A stretch of DNA of 62,909 bases, filler included, from Basidiobolus ranarum (GCA_040143965.1; 49 parts of 49 records of this genome joined end to end with filler, not necessarily neighbours in it), one strand, 5' to 3'; counted from the first letter of the whole stretch, positions 12,343 to 23,789 are shown. Program-made: numbers and translations. The notes: generated by a model not told the origin, from the sequence alone.

Positions 12343-12717
12343 TGTTGAAGTTTATTGTCTTAACATATTTGTGATCCCTATCTTTATACACTTAACTAGT
12401 TCATATATCACATATAAGTTAGTTAACATTACTTAGTCAAATATCACTTAGCTGAAAATTGGAACATACATTACATATATATGTGAATAGTTTGAGAATT
12501 AGCAATTCCATATTGGAAATTTCAAACTTGTCAAAATTGCCCCAAAGATTGCTCATTTTACTCCCACAGATGTTCTGAACACAACCTCAATGTAGTTTTC
12601 TGTATTTGCACCAAAAATTATAAATGCTTTATTTCTGGACAATACATAGTTATCTCAAAAGCCATTCACAACTCCACTTTCCTAAAGTTCCTCCAAAAAG
12701 CCCATATTTTCACAATA
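12343..12717 (+). repeat. Copia LTR family B, 3' LTR (~375 bp) preceded by polypurine tract GAAAGGGAG
   Basis: PPT|TGTTGAAG directly after the pol stop; homologues at 15008-15379, 28358-28647, 29376-29543, 39626-39824, 19133-19245(-). Confidence 0.9.
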
Positions 12718-12901
12718 GCCTGAAGTAGATACTAAAGTCTGCATTACTCTTTTGGAATTTGAGTGTTTCCAAAAAAGCATCTATATTGCTATTCCAAGCT
12801 CNNNNNNNNNNNNNNNNNNNNNNNNNNNNNNNNNNNNNNNNNNNNTTAATTAATTAANNNNNNNNNNNNNNNNNNNNNNNNNNNNNNNNNNNNNNNNNNN
12901 N

Positions 12902-13960
12902 CTTTTTGAATGGTGAGCTTGCTGAGGAGATCTATATGGACCAGCCAGATGGATTTGTGGACCCAGAAAACCCTAAAAAAGTTTGCAGACTCTGGAAAAC
13001 ACTCTATGGCTTAAAGCAATCTCCAAGAGCTTGGAATAGCAAGATAGACACTTTTTTGGAAACACTCAAATTCCAAAAGAGTAATGCTGACTATAGTATC
13101 AACTTTAAATGCCAGATGAGACAAACCCAGTTTTATTAGCCTTATATGTAGATGATCTTGTTATAGCAAACAATGACTTGAAGACTTTGGAGAACACCAA
13201 ATCCAGCTTATCTGCTGAATTCAAAATGACTGATCTTGGTGAACTGACATACTATCTTGGAATCCAAATTAAGATAGATAGAACTACCAAAACAATAACT
13301 TTAAACCAGTCTAAGTATATCTTAGATATACTAAAGAAGTTTAAAATGGAAGAATGCTATCCAGTATCTACCCCAATGGAGACAAATCTTAACTTGACCA
13401 AAAATGGCTCTAATCAGATGTCCTTGGATTCAAATGAAAGCCAGAAATTTCCTTATCAATCTATGGTTGGTAGTTTGATGTATACTATGGTTGGAACACA
13501 GCCAGATATTGCATATTCTGTGGGAGTTATGTGCCAATATCTTCAAAATTGTGGATCTGATTAAATCATAGCAGTTAAGTGAATTTTCAGATATTTGAAA
13601 GGTACTGTGGATCTATGCTTAAAATACACCTATTCTGGGTCAAACTTTGATCTGATTGGATATTCAGATGCAAATTGGCAAAGAGATATTGAAAACAGGA
13701 GATCTACAATAGGATACTTATTTCTTTGCTGTAATGGAGCTATTTCTTGCAATTCAAAGAAACAATCTACTGTAGCACTTTCAAAAACAGAAGCTGAATA
13801 CATCGCTGCCTGTGAAGCAACAAAAGAAGCAATATGGTTAAGAAAACTCTGAACAGATTTGGGTTATTCTCAAAATTCATCAACTACAATATTTCAAGAT
13901 AATCAAAGTTGTATCAAATTAGCTAAAAATCCCACATTTCATAATAGAAGCAAAATAGTT
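12902..13960 (+). mobile_element. Ty1/copia reverse transcriptase-RNase H remnant
   Basis: [28 protein letters not shown]; frameshift and stops. Confidence 0.95.
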
Positions 13961-14190
13961 GCAAATGATTAGCTGAAAACTCAGGAACTATGGATCAACA
14001 CATGTGCAAAAAACATAACTCAAAACTTACACAATTACCACTTGAATGCTTATTTGTCACCTTTAAAATCCCTAGTCTCTTTGATATAATNNNNNNNNNN
14101 NNNNNNNNNNNNNNNNNNNNNNNNNNNNNNNNNNTTAATTAATTAANNNNNNNNNNNNNNNNNNNNNNNNNNNNNNNNNNNNNNNNNNNN

Positions 14191-14842
14191 CACAGAATAT
14201 GCAATATCTGGCCATGTTCCAACCATAATATACATCAAACTACCAACCATAGATTGATAAGGAAATTTCTGGCTTTCATTTGAATCCAAGAACATCTGAT
14301 TTGAGCCATTTTTGGTTAAGTTAAGATTTGTCTCCATTGGGGTAGATATTGGATTACATTCTTCCATTTTAAACTTCTTTAGTATATCTAGGATATACTT
14401 AGACTGGTTTAAAGTTATTGTTTTGGTAGTTCTATCTATCTTAATTTGGATTCCAAGATAGTACATCAGTTCACCAAGATCAGTCATTTTGAATTTGGCA
14501 GATAGGCTGGATTTGGTGTTCTCCAAAGTCTTCAAGTCATTGGTTGCTATAATAAGATCATGTTCATATAAGACTAATGAAACTGGGTTTGTCTTATCTG
14601 GCCTGAAGTAGATACTATAGTCAGCATTACTCTTTTGGAATTTGAGTGTTTCTAAAAAAGTGTCTATCTTGCTATTCCAAGCTCTTGGAGATTGTTTTAA
14701 GCCATAGAGTGTTTTCTGGAGTCTGCAAACTTTTTTAGGGTTTTCTGGGTCCACAAATCCATCTGGCTGGTCCATATAGATCTCCTCAGCAAGCTCACCA
14801 TTCAAAAAGGCAGCTTTAACATCCATTTGATGTACAATAAAC
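14191..14842 (-). mobile_element. Ty1/copia reverse transcriptase remnant
   Basis: [23 protein letters not shown]; catalytic YVDD mutated to YEHD. Confidence 0.95.
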
Positions 14843-15007
14843 TGTCACAATAAGGAACTGGACAAGGACTGGAATCAATGACAAGAGGCTAGAAGGCAGG
14901 AGAGTACTTGGGTGTAGACCACAAGACATAACAAGACAAGACTGGCCAAGGAAGATACTTTGGCAAGAATCTTTATTGATAACTGGTGTTGATAAGACTG
15001 AGGTCTG
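14843..15007 (-). repeat. Gypsy LTR (R/U5 part) nested in copia RT, itself interrupted by LTR family B
   Basis: TGTCACAATAAGGAACTGG... matches 16479-16668, 38641-38817 and 54039 onward. Confidence 0.85.
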
Positions 15008-15379
15008 TGTTGAAGTTTATTGTCTTTATCATATTTATTATCTCTATCTTTATACACCTAACTATTTCATATATCACATATAAGTTAGTTAACATTACTT
15101 AGTCAAATATCACTCAGCTGAAAATTGGAACATATATTATATATATATGTGAATAATGTGAGAATTAGCAATTCCATATTGGAAATTTCAAACTCGTCCA
15201 AATTGCCCCAAAAATAGCTCATTTTACTCCCACAGATGTTTTGAACACAACCCCAGTGTTAGTTTTCCGTATTTCCACCAAAAAGTATAAATGCTTTATT
15301 TCTGGACAATAAACAATTATCTAACAAAGCTATTCACAACTCCACTTTTCTAAAGTTCCTCCAAACAGCCCATATTTTC
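15008..15379 (+). repeat. Copia LTR family B
   Basis: TGTTGAAGTTTATTG start; homologous to 12343-12717. Confidence 0.9.
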
Positions 15380-15479
15380 NNNNNNNNNNNNNNNNNNNNN
15401 NNNNNNNNNNNNNNNNNNNNNNNTTAATTAATTAANNNNNNNNNNNNNNNNNNNNNNNNNNNNNNNNNNNNNNNNNNNN

Positions 15480-16465
15480 CAGTTGTCACATTTGACTGCC
15501 TGATGGATAGCATCAGTCAAGGTCACTGGGTCAGCCATAATGAGTAAAAGATTGTTCATATTTTTTTGGAGTTCATATTGGAATTGGTTAATTAGGGTAT
15601 ATTCTCCCTAACTGAGATCACAGGCATGAAGGCAGTATTCTGCAGCATAAGTTGATGCAGGCTTTGACCTTTATTTAAGTGCACAGAGCTTGGTGGATGA
15701 AGTTGTTTCCTTATCTGCATTTCTGAATGGAGTTCCTAGTTAGGTAAGAAAGGCAAGGAAGTTTGAAAGATGGGGAGATTGACTTTCCATCAAAGGAGCA
15801 AACCAAGATAGAGCTGTTCCTGATAATAGTGCTCCCACTAGGCCTACTTTGGTTTGGTCAGAGAGGTGGTGGTAAGGGAGTAACTGGATGATGTGTTTTA
15901 CTTGGTTCATAAAACCACAATAGTTTTGGCAAGTTCCATCAAGCTTATTTGGTAAGGAGGTCTAGGGTTCAGGACTTGGATTTGGTGGATACTTGGGTGG
16001 AGCTGGATTCTGTACTTGAGCAAGAGAAGCACAAAGTTCTTGATTTTCTTGCTGAAGCTGAATAAGAACTGGCATCATATCTTTCATTGTAGGAGCTGGT
16101 GTAGCCAAAATACTTACTATATTGTGAGGGGGAAGTTTTAAAACCACTAGCTTTTCTAGGAATGAAAGTCACAATGTAATGTCCAACTTTCTGTTGACGA
16201 AATGATTGGTGCCTTGACAAAAGAATATACTGTATCAATGCCCTTTGATCTTGATCAAGTACTAAACCTTATTTGATCAAAGACAACTATAAACTCAACC
16301 AGTAGTGTCTTGACAAGGATGCACTGAGAGCAATTATTTAAAGGTGGAAGGTACCTTTGCCTTAGCAGGGACACTTGGGAAATATGGGAAATAAGAGGGA
16401 AGCCAACCATGGTGGTTTCAAAGTTGGAGGACATGGATGGAGAGAAGCCTATGGCAAGTGTAAGT
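15480..16465 (-). mobile_element. Ty3/gypsy leader and gag (Tf1/sushi-like) remnant
   Basis: Coiled coil LIQLQQENQEL, LPNKLDGT, LLSGTALSWFAPLME, LK*.SKPASTYAAEY. Confidence 0.85.
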
Positions 16466-16478
16466 AGTCTGATCAAAC

Positions 16479-16668
16479 TGTCACAATAAGGAACTGGACA
16501 AGGACTGGAAACAATGACAAGAGGCTAGAAGGCAAGAGAGTACTAGTGTGCAGACCACTAGAAAAGACAAGAATGGACAGGAAACATACTTTGGCAAGAA
16601 TCTTTCTTGATAACTGGCATTGATCAGACTTAGGTCTGGTCCACAAACATATTAAGCTTAAATAGATA
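16479..16668 (-). repeat. Gypsy 5' LTR (partial) with adjacent self-priming type PBS at 16466-16476
   Basis: LTR ends TGTGACA on the minus strand; an 11-nt perfect complement of the PBS lies at 16620-16630. Confidence 0.85.
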
Positions 16669-16768
16669 NNNNNNNNNNNNNNNNNNNNNNNNNNNNNNNN
16701 NNNNNNNNNNNNTTAATTAATTAANNNNNNNNNNNNNNNNNNNNNNNNNNNNNNNNNNNNNNNNNNNN

Positions 16769-17957
16769 CTATCTCCCTGCTCCCCACTTGTAGAAAGGTT
16801 CTTGCTCATTATATAGTAGCTAGTTTGTTTATAGTCAGATTAGTTAGCTCTCAGATTGGCCATTCAAAACATGTGTTTCTTGCTCTAATTGATGGAAATA
16901 TCAACTAGGTCACTTTTACCAATTTTCACTCCTTTATCAAAACCTCTGCAAATCATCTCAAACTTTATCCATGCTTAACAGGCATGTTTGACATGATCTA
17001 AGCACATGCAATATTCCTACTTCATAGGAAACTATCAGTAGGACATATTCAATTCAATGAAACTTAAGCATCTTATTCATAAAACCAAATCTTTTCCACA
17101 ACACTTCCAAGTCCCCTAAACACTTTTATCAGGTTGTGATTCCCAAGCTAGCTGTTAAAGGAATGTCTACCAGTACCATTACCAACATTCTTGCATCAAC
17201 AGAGAAGTTTGATGGTGATGACTTTCATCATAGGAAGTTCAAGATGCAAATGGTGTCAGAAGACAATTACCTTGGGGATTTGTTACAGGAGAAGAAACAC
17301 AGCTAAAGTGACCACCAGAAGCTATCCTGGCCTTTCACAAAAAGCAGGGGAAAGCACTCCCTACACTTTGTCTATATCTGAAAAACTCTCAATGGAGGCA
17401 CATTAAATTAGCCAAAAATATCAAAGATGCTTGGGAAACACTTGAGGGACTATATGAGACTAAATGTCTGGCTACTAGGCTATATCTTAGGTGAAATTCA
17501 ATCTCTATTCAGATGAATTCCAAAGATTCTATGCTTAATCATATAAATTGGGTAAAATATGGCAGATCAGCTCAGACTTAATCATCACACTACTTGGGAG
17601 CCTGCCAGATGCATTTGCAAGTCTCATAATTGCCCTTGAGTCAAGATCCACGCCGTTAATAATGGAGTATCTTGGTGCTAGGCTTTTGAATGAGGAAATA
17701 AGGAAATCTAATTTTACCAAAATAATGCAGAGCAAGCATTTTTTTCAGTTGTAAAACATTTAACAGGTTTTGATTATGGTGCCCCTGATAGGAATTCAAT
17801 CATCTGCAAGTATTGCAAGAAAGCAGGCCATATAATTGGAGATTGCAGAAAACAGATTTTAGCCAAAAAGCTGAAATTGAAACAAACAAATCAAGTAAGC
17901 GCTGATGGGGATCATCTAAATATGTTTGCCCTATCAGTTGCCAGTATAGAAGACTCA
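16769..17957 (+). mobile_element. Ty1/copia family C: 5' LTR, degenerate PBS (GGTTGTGATTCCC near 17132) and gag remnant
   Basis: LTR homologous to 44348 onward and 35116-35466(-); TEKFDGDDF..KFKMQMV, LIIALESR, CKYCKKAGH...DC. Confidence 0.85.
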
Positions 17958-18057
17958 NNNNNNNNNNNNNNNNNNNNNNNNNNNNNNNNNNNNNNNNNNN
18001 NTTAATTAATTAANNNNNNNNNNNNNNNNNNNNNNNNNNNNNNNNNNNNNNNNNNNN

Positions 18058-18500
18058 TCTTCCTGTAAAGTTGCACCAATATTTTCCAGTTATTTTGCCA
18101 AAGATCTCACATTTGCAATATGAGTAACAAGGCTTTCAGACTTTTCCATCTTTACACTGAAGAATATTTGTCTGAGAAAGAGTCTATTAGCAAGACTCTT
18201 TGCTTCATAACACTCTTCCAATATAGTCCAAGCTTGATGGGAAGTCATTGCATATTGAATATTCACAAGTTGTGAATCTTTCAAACTTTGACAAATGACA
18301 TTAAAGGCCTTCTTGTCTCTTTTCTTGTAAGCTCCCAATAAAGAAAGGTCAGAAGGATCCTTTTCATCTCCAGAGACTACATCCCAAAGCTCCCTGTCTT
18401 CCAGCATGATTTGCATCTTGAACTTCCAGAAACTGTAATTTTCTCCATCAAGCATTTCAACACTTGAGTTGATAAAAGGGGTAGTAGTGGTTTCTGTCAT
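18058..18500 (-). mobile_element. Ty1/copia gag N-terminus
   Basis: VEMLDGENYSFWKFKMQIMLEDRELWDVV; close paralogue of 8340-8930; degenerate PBS at 18520-18532. Confidence 0.92.
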
Positions 18501-18558
18501 GCTGTAAAGGTTAGAACATGGGGCTCATCACTAGTTGAAATTATTTAGGGAGAAATAT

Positions 18559-18631
18559 TGGTCTGGCCAGGATTTGAACCTGGGACCTCCTTCACTCTAG
18601 CAAGGTGCTCTAACCACTGAACTACCAGTCC
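18559..18631 (-). tRNA. tRNA-like cloverleaf (73 nt, anticodon AGA, short variable loop); likely pseudo or element-borne
   Basis: GGACTGG TA GTTC AGTGGTTA GAGC A CCTTG CTAGAGT GAAGG AGGTC CCAGG TTCAAAT CCTGG CCAGACC A: acceptor 6/7, D 4/4, anticodon 4/5, T 5/5 pairs; intact A and B boxes. Confidence 0.8.
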
Positions 18632-18795
18632 TTGTATGCTATGCCTATATTGCTAGGGAACATTAACCTAGTCTGTCATTGTATGGTACTTTGGTATTTC
18701 AGCTATACAAGCAACTGATTGGCCTTAGACTTTGTGTTCAGATGCAGTCACCATACTCCATACTTTCCTCTCTGGGAATTACTGCTATACCACAA

Positions 18796-19132
18796 CCCTA
18801 ACAAAAATAAAACCGATTTGATCTGGATCAAATCCACCCTTTGAAATAGCAAAACCATTGGAGAACCGTCACAATATTGTTGGCTTGCATTCTGCCAGGG
18901 ATTTTGATGATGGGACAGCGGTTTCATGATGGTATCTTAGCAATATTCATACATGTTAAAATATTGATCCTCAAATTTGGCATGCGTGGTTCAATATCCA
19001 GCAATTTTTGCAAATATAAAATTTTCAAATGGCAAATTACTGGGTTTACTGCTGTAGGAATTTAATTAATGTGCATGCCTTTATTTAGATATTTTAGGCT
19101 TTGTATTCCAGCCATAATGAGAATCAAAAAAT
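18796..19132 (+). mobile_element. DNA-transposon terminal region starting CCCTAACAAAAATAAAA
   Basis: Same terminus near 49959 and, degraded and inverted, at about 23660-23738; 18990-19130 also matches about 49610-49750. Confidence 0.65.
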
Positions 19133-19345
19133 ATTGGGAATATATGGGCTGTTTGGAGGAACTTTAGAAAAGTGGAGTTGTGAATAGCTTTGTGAGATAA
19201 CTGTTTATTGTCCAGAAATAAAGCATTTATACTTTTGGTGGAAATNNNNNNNNNNNNNNNNNNNNNNNNNNNNNNNNNNNNNNNNNNNNTTAATTAATTA
19301 ANNNNNNNNNNNNNNNNNNNNNNNNNNNNNNNNNNNNNNNNNNNN

Positions 19346-20533
19346 CTACTTATGTGATGACTTTGCACCAGATTCAGCTGGTAAGAGAACAGTTGTATGC
19401 ACTTTTCACCAAAATTCAACTACCCAGCTGCAAAATTGGATCAAGTATGTTATGGACCAAACATATCCATGAAACTCCTCTCAGTTAGCCTAGCAACAAC
19501 TCAAGGACAAAATTGTGTTCTGCAAGGCTGGATGTACTATCATAGATCTGAAAAATAACAAATTAGCTGCTGGGATCAAAAGTCAAAACTTACACAAGCT
19601 GGAAATCAACAAATGGCATTCTGAGCATGCAAATGTGGCCAAAACCTGTGAAATAAGCTATCAAATGTGGCACAGATGATCAGGCCACATTGGGGAGTAA
19701 AACCTGACCCAAATGTTCCTAAACCAGCTTATTTGAGGCTTATAAGTTGCAAATATGACTAAATTGGTTCTGTGTGAAGATTTTACATATTGAAAAAATC
19801 ACAGAGAGCCATTTTCAAACCCTGGAGAGATCAAATTCACACAGAATTTTTGCCCTGATTCCTTCTGACCTATTTAGGCTCATGAAAAATATCTCACTGG
19901 GTTGTAAAAGGCTCTCTATCACCTTTATTGATGACAAAACAAGATATACTTGGGTATTCTTTCTCAAATCAAAGTCTGAAGTCTTAACTACATTAAACCA
20001 CAACTAGACAAAGGTGAATTAAGTCATTTACATGGAATCCAAATCAAGAGAGATAAACTCAGTCAAAAAGTCATGCCAAATTGATCTGGATACATTCTAA
20101 ATATCCAAAAATGCTTCACATGGACAATAGCATGCCTGTATTGACACCAATGGGTCCCAATATGAAATTAATCAAAATTTCATTCAAATGGCCCAAAATG
20201 ACTCACATCAAAGCCAGGATTTCCCTTATCATGGTGCGTAGTTTCATGTTTGCAATGGATGGAACACATCCAGACAATGCTGTGACAGTGGGAGCTGTCA
20301 ACCAATATCTCAAAAATCCATTATTGGAGCTCAAAACTCCAATAAAACAAATATTCTGGTATTTGAGAGGAATGGTAGATCTAGTTCTGAAATACTCTGC
20401 CACTCCTGATGCACAAATTTTTGAAAGCTACAGTGATACTGATGGCAGAAGAAGCCTTAATGATTGACAATCAACAACTGGGTACACTTTTCTCTATGAT
20501 AATGGAGCCATAACTTGGAATAGTAAGAAGCAA
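19346..20533 (+). mobile_element. Internally deleted Ty1/copia protease-integrase/RT remnant
   Basis: TFIDDKTRYTWVFFLKSKSEV joined near 20005 to RT-end motifs GTHPD and YSDTD. Confidence 0.85.
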
Positions 20534-20633
20534 NNNNNNNNNNNNNNNNNNNNNNNNNNNNNNNNNNNNNNNNNNNNTTAATTAATTAANNNNNNNNNNN
20601 NNNNNNNNNNNNNNNNNNNNNNNNNNNNNNNNN

Positions 20634-21821
20634 CACATCTCAGAATTAAGAATTTGGAAAAGGAATCTGAGGAAGTGGCTCTTTTTGGAGCTGGAAAACT
20701 TAGCTTTGGCAAGTACAAAGGTTACAAAAGAAGGAAACCAGGTTTATACTATGGTTGTAACAAATCAGGATACCAGGTAAAAGTTTACAAATCAAAAAAA
20801 AGTTGGTATTTGTGCCTAGGATAGCAAAATATTTGTTATCAATGAGTAAAGCTATGTCTGAGGGATATAGCTTTAATCTTGATCAAAATAGCTGCACAAT
20901 CAGGGATCAAAAAGGGAATTACGTAGCTTCTGGAGCTAAGCAAAATAACTTGTATGAACTTCAATTTATTAGCCTAATGTTTGAACAAGATAATACTGCC
21001 ACAGCTGAAGAGATAGGTTGGAAAATCTGGCATAGGAGATTGGGTCATCTAGGAGCTGAAAATATAAGAAAAAATTTCATCAAAAACAAGATGGTTTTGA
21101 GACTAAATTTTGTAATTCCACCGGATCTGAAGCTATGTGAAGGTTGCCTATATTGTAGGCAACACAGAGAGCTGTTTGTGGGCTCTGGAATAAGCAAAAT
21201 TGATCAACAATTGGGCCTGATACACCCAGATATGTGTGGCCCAATACAAACAAAATCCTTAGGCAAAAAAAGGTATTTTATGCCCTTTATTGATGAAAAG
21301 ACAAAGTATACTTGGGTGTACTTTCTGGCCAGTAAGGATGAAGCCCTTGATACCTTCAAGAAGTTCAAAGCAATGTTGGCAACTTAAACAGGTCTAAAGA
21401 CTAGGATTATCCGTACTGAAAATGGAGCGGAATATACTTCAAAACTCTTTTCAAACTTCTGCTCAGCACATGGGATAAAACAGCGGACTACAGTGCCATA
21501 TTCTCCCCAGTAGAATGAAGTAGTGGAATGTGCAAACAGATCCATAATGGAAAAGGCAAGATTAATGCTTCATGATCAAGATTTATCAAAACAGTTCTGG
21601 GCTGAATTGGTTGCAACTGCAGTATATACTTGGAATAGATGTCCTTCTAGGTCTCTATTGGCTATGACACCTTATCAAGTTTGTTTTGGAAGTTAACCTG
21701 ATGTGGCTAATATCAGAGTTTTTGGAAGTACCACATATGCAATGATTCCGGACCAGAAGAGATCAAAATTAGATTAAAAAAGCTAGAAATGTCTTTTTTT
21801 GGGATATTGTGATGGAACAAA
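20634..21821 (+). mobile_element. Ty1/copia pre-integrase and integrase remnant
   Basis: WHRRLGH, CEGC, IHPDMCGP, RTENGAEY, PYSPQ, FLGYC. Confidence 0.93.
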
Positions 21822-23209
21822 NNNNNNNNNNNNNNNNNNNNNNNNNNNNNNNNNNNNNNNNNNNNTTAATTAATTAANNNNNNNNNNNNNNNNNNNNNNN
21901 NNNNNNNNNNNNNNNNNNNNNTTAGTTGATCAATTAACTATTCTACTCGATACGTTTTATATATATATGTGTTTTGACATTTCGAACATCCATATCAGGT
22001 CAGTGCTCATTCTTGGTATTTTCGTCTTATTGGCCAAGCACAGGTGGTGCAAATTCTACCCTAATCATATGATATTGTGCGCAGGTTTTTTTGAACCACT
22101 GGACTCGGAACTTACCTTTACAGATATATGTGTAAGGTTTCAAATGGAATTCACTGAGAATTTATGGGCGTCATATAATTTTCTTGGATTCTAGGTCATT
22201 ATATATTTGTATTAATTTTAAAGTAAGACCTAAATCTTCCCACAGGTGCCCCTAGTTTTGAAATTCCCAGGATGACGATACCTGTAGCGGATTTTGTGAT
22301 GGATTTCGTGTTAAATTTGAAATTCAGAAAACCAACTACTCCCTTTAGACTGGTCTTTAGGCAGTGGTAATTATGTTTGGTTTTTCATTCCTAGCTTTAG
22401 AAAGCGAAAGCAATTCGCTCAGTTGAAAGCAAGCAAGGAACAGAATTTCGATGGTCCGCAATAATACTCAGATTACAAGTTACATCATAAGCAAAGCTTA
22501 ATGATTAGATGGTGTAACACTGAAGTGATATACTTATTACCAAACAATCTAGTTCAGTTTCCAAAGAACAAAATGGACTTTGAGCCATGGTTTTGGCGGC
22601 AATTGCGAATGAGAAATTTTTTGGAATTACAGACTCTCCAGGGTTTGACTACATTATACCAGAACAGTAATTATTTGTATTGATTCACTATACTAGAACA
22701 GGAATATATATATTGCTGTGCTATACTAGAATAGCGAGTATGAGGCAACAGTGCTGGGCCGGAGAGATCGTAATCCTATTCGGACTCTCTGATATCCAGG
22801 TCCGAAAGAGGTCCGATGCGCTTCTGAAATGCTGTTAGATAAATACCGTAAATATGATTTCAATGACTCAATGGAAGTGCTAAAAAATGGAACACATTGG
22901 AATTTCATTACTATTACCATATCAAATTAGAGACGATGTTCTGGAATAAAAACTTTGCCGATAGGGACCAGTTCGATTTGTGAGAAAGTTGTAGAGGCCA
23001 TGTTGTTATTGGTTGACCATTACAATAGTACGAATATCAAAAATTACCTACTCAAAATTATAAATACCATGTAAATCCGCACCATCTATAACATTCATTG
23101 ATCTCCTATNNNNNNNNNNNNNNNNNNNNNNNNNNNNNNNNNNNNNNNNNNNNTTAATTAATTAANNNNNNNNNNNNNNNNNNNNNNNNNNNNNNNNNNN
23201 NNNNNNNNN

Positions 23210-23660
23210 TACTTGATGGATATCACTACCAGAATCTGAAAAGTCAAGGTTTCTTTGAGAACACATATGATGATGCATTTACATTGGCTCTGGATGGTTT
23301 CTTACTAAAGAAATATATTGTTGAAAAGGCTTGTAGGCCAATTATTTTAATTAACTTCAATCTTCCTCCTTCTGGATGGTATAAAAGTCCTAATATTTTG
23401 ATACTCACAACCATATCTGGACTTAAATCACCAGTGCTTATAGATAGCTTCTTGGGGCCTTTGATGGTGGAATTTGAATGGTTATCTGATGAGGTTCCAA
23501 TGGGTGATTATTTTATTAACTTGCATCATTGTATATAATGGTGACACTCCTGCCATCACTATGCATAGAGGTTTTGGCAGGCACAATGCACTCTCTTGAT
23601 GTAGATTTTGACAAATCAATGGAGTTAACTCTTCCAGGCATATGCATTACTACTATTCTA
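23210..23660 (+). mobile_element. CACTA/EnSpm-like transposase remnant
   Basis: LALDGF, PIILINFNLPP, IDSFLGPL, GDTPA. Confidence 0.8.
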
Positions 23661-23789
23661 ATGTGATGGTTATCTAATGATTTTATGATCCATAAGGGTT
23701 AATCCAATCCAGATTAAATTAATTTTATTTTTGTTATGTCATGTCATTTGATATCAAGCAAAAAGTAGAATTGGTGACTCAAAATATCT

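Noticed and set aside
18559-18631. Functional tRNA-Ser(AGA) or amber suppressor
   Set aside because: Mismatches in acceptor and anticodon stems, no long variable arm and no Pol III terminator; CTA is not at positions 34-36.
21922-23109. CpG-retaining contig with short ORFs
   Set aside because: No motif or RNA structure recognised; treated as intergenic or very old pseudogene.
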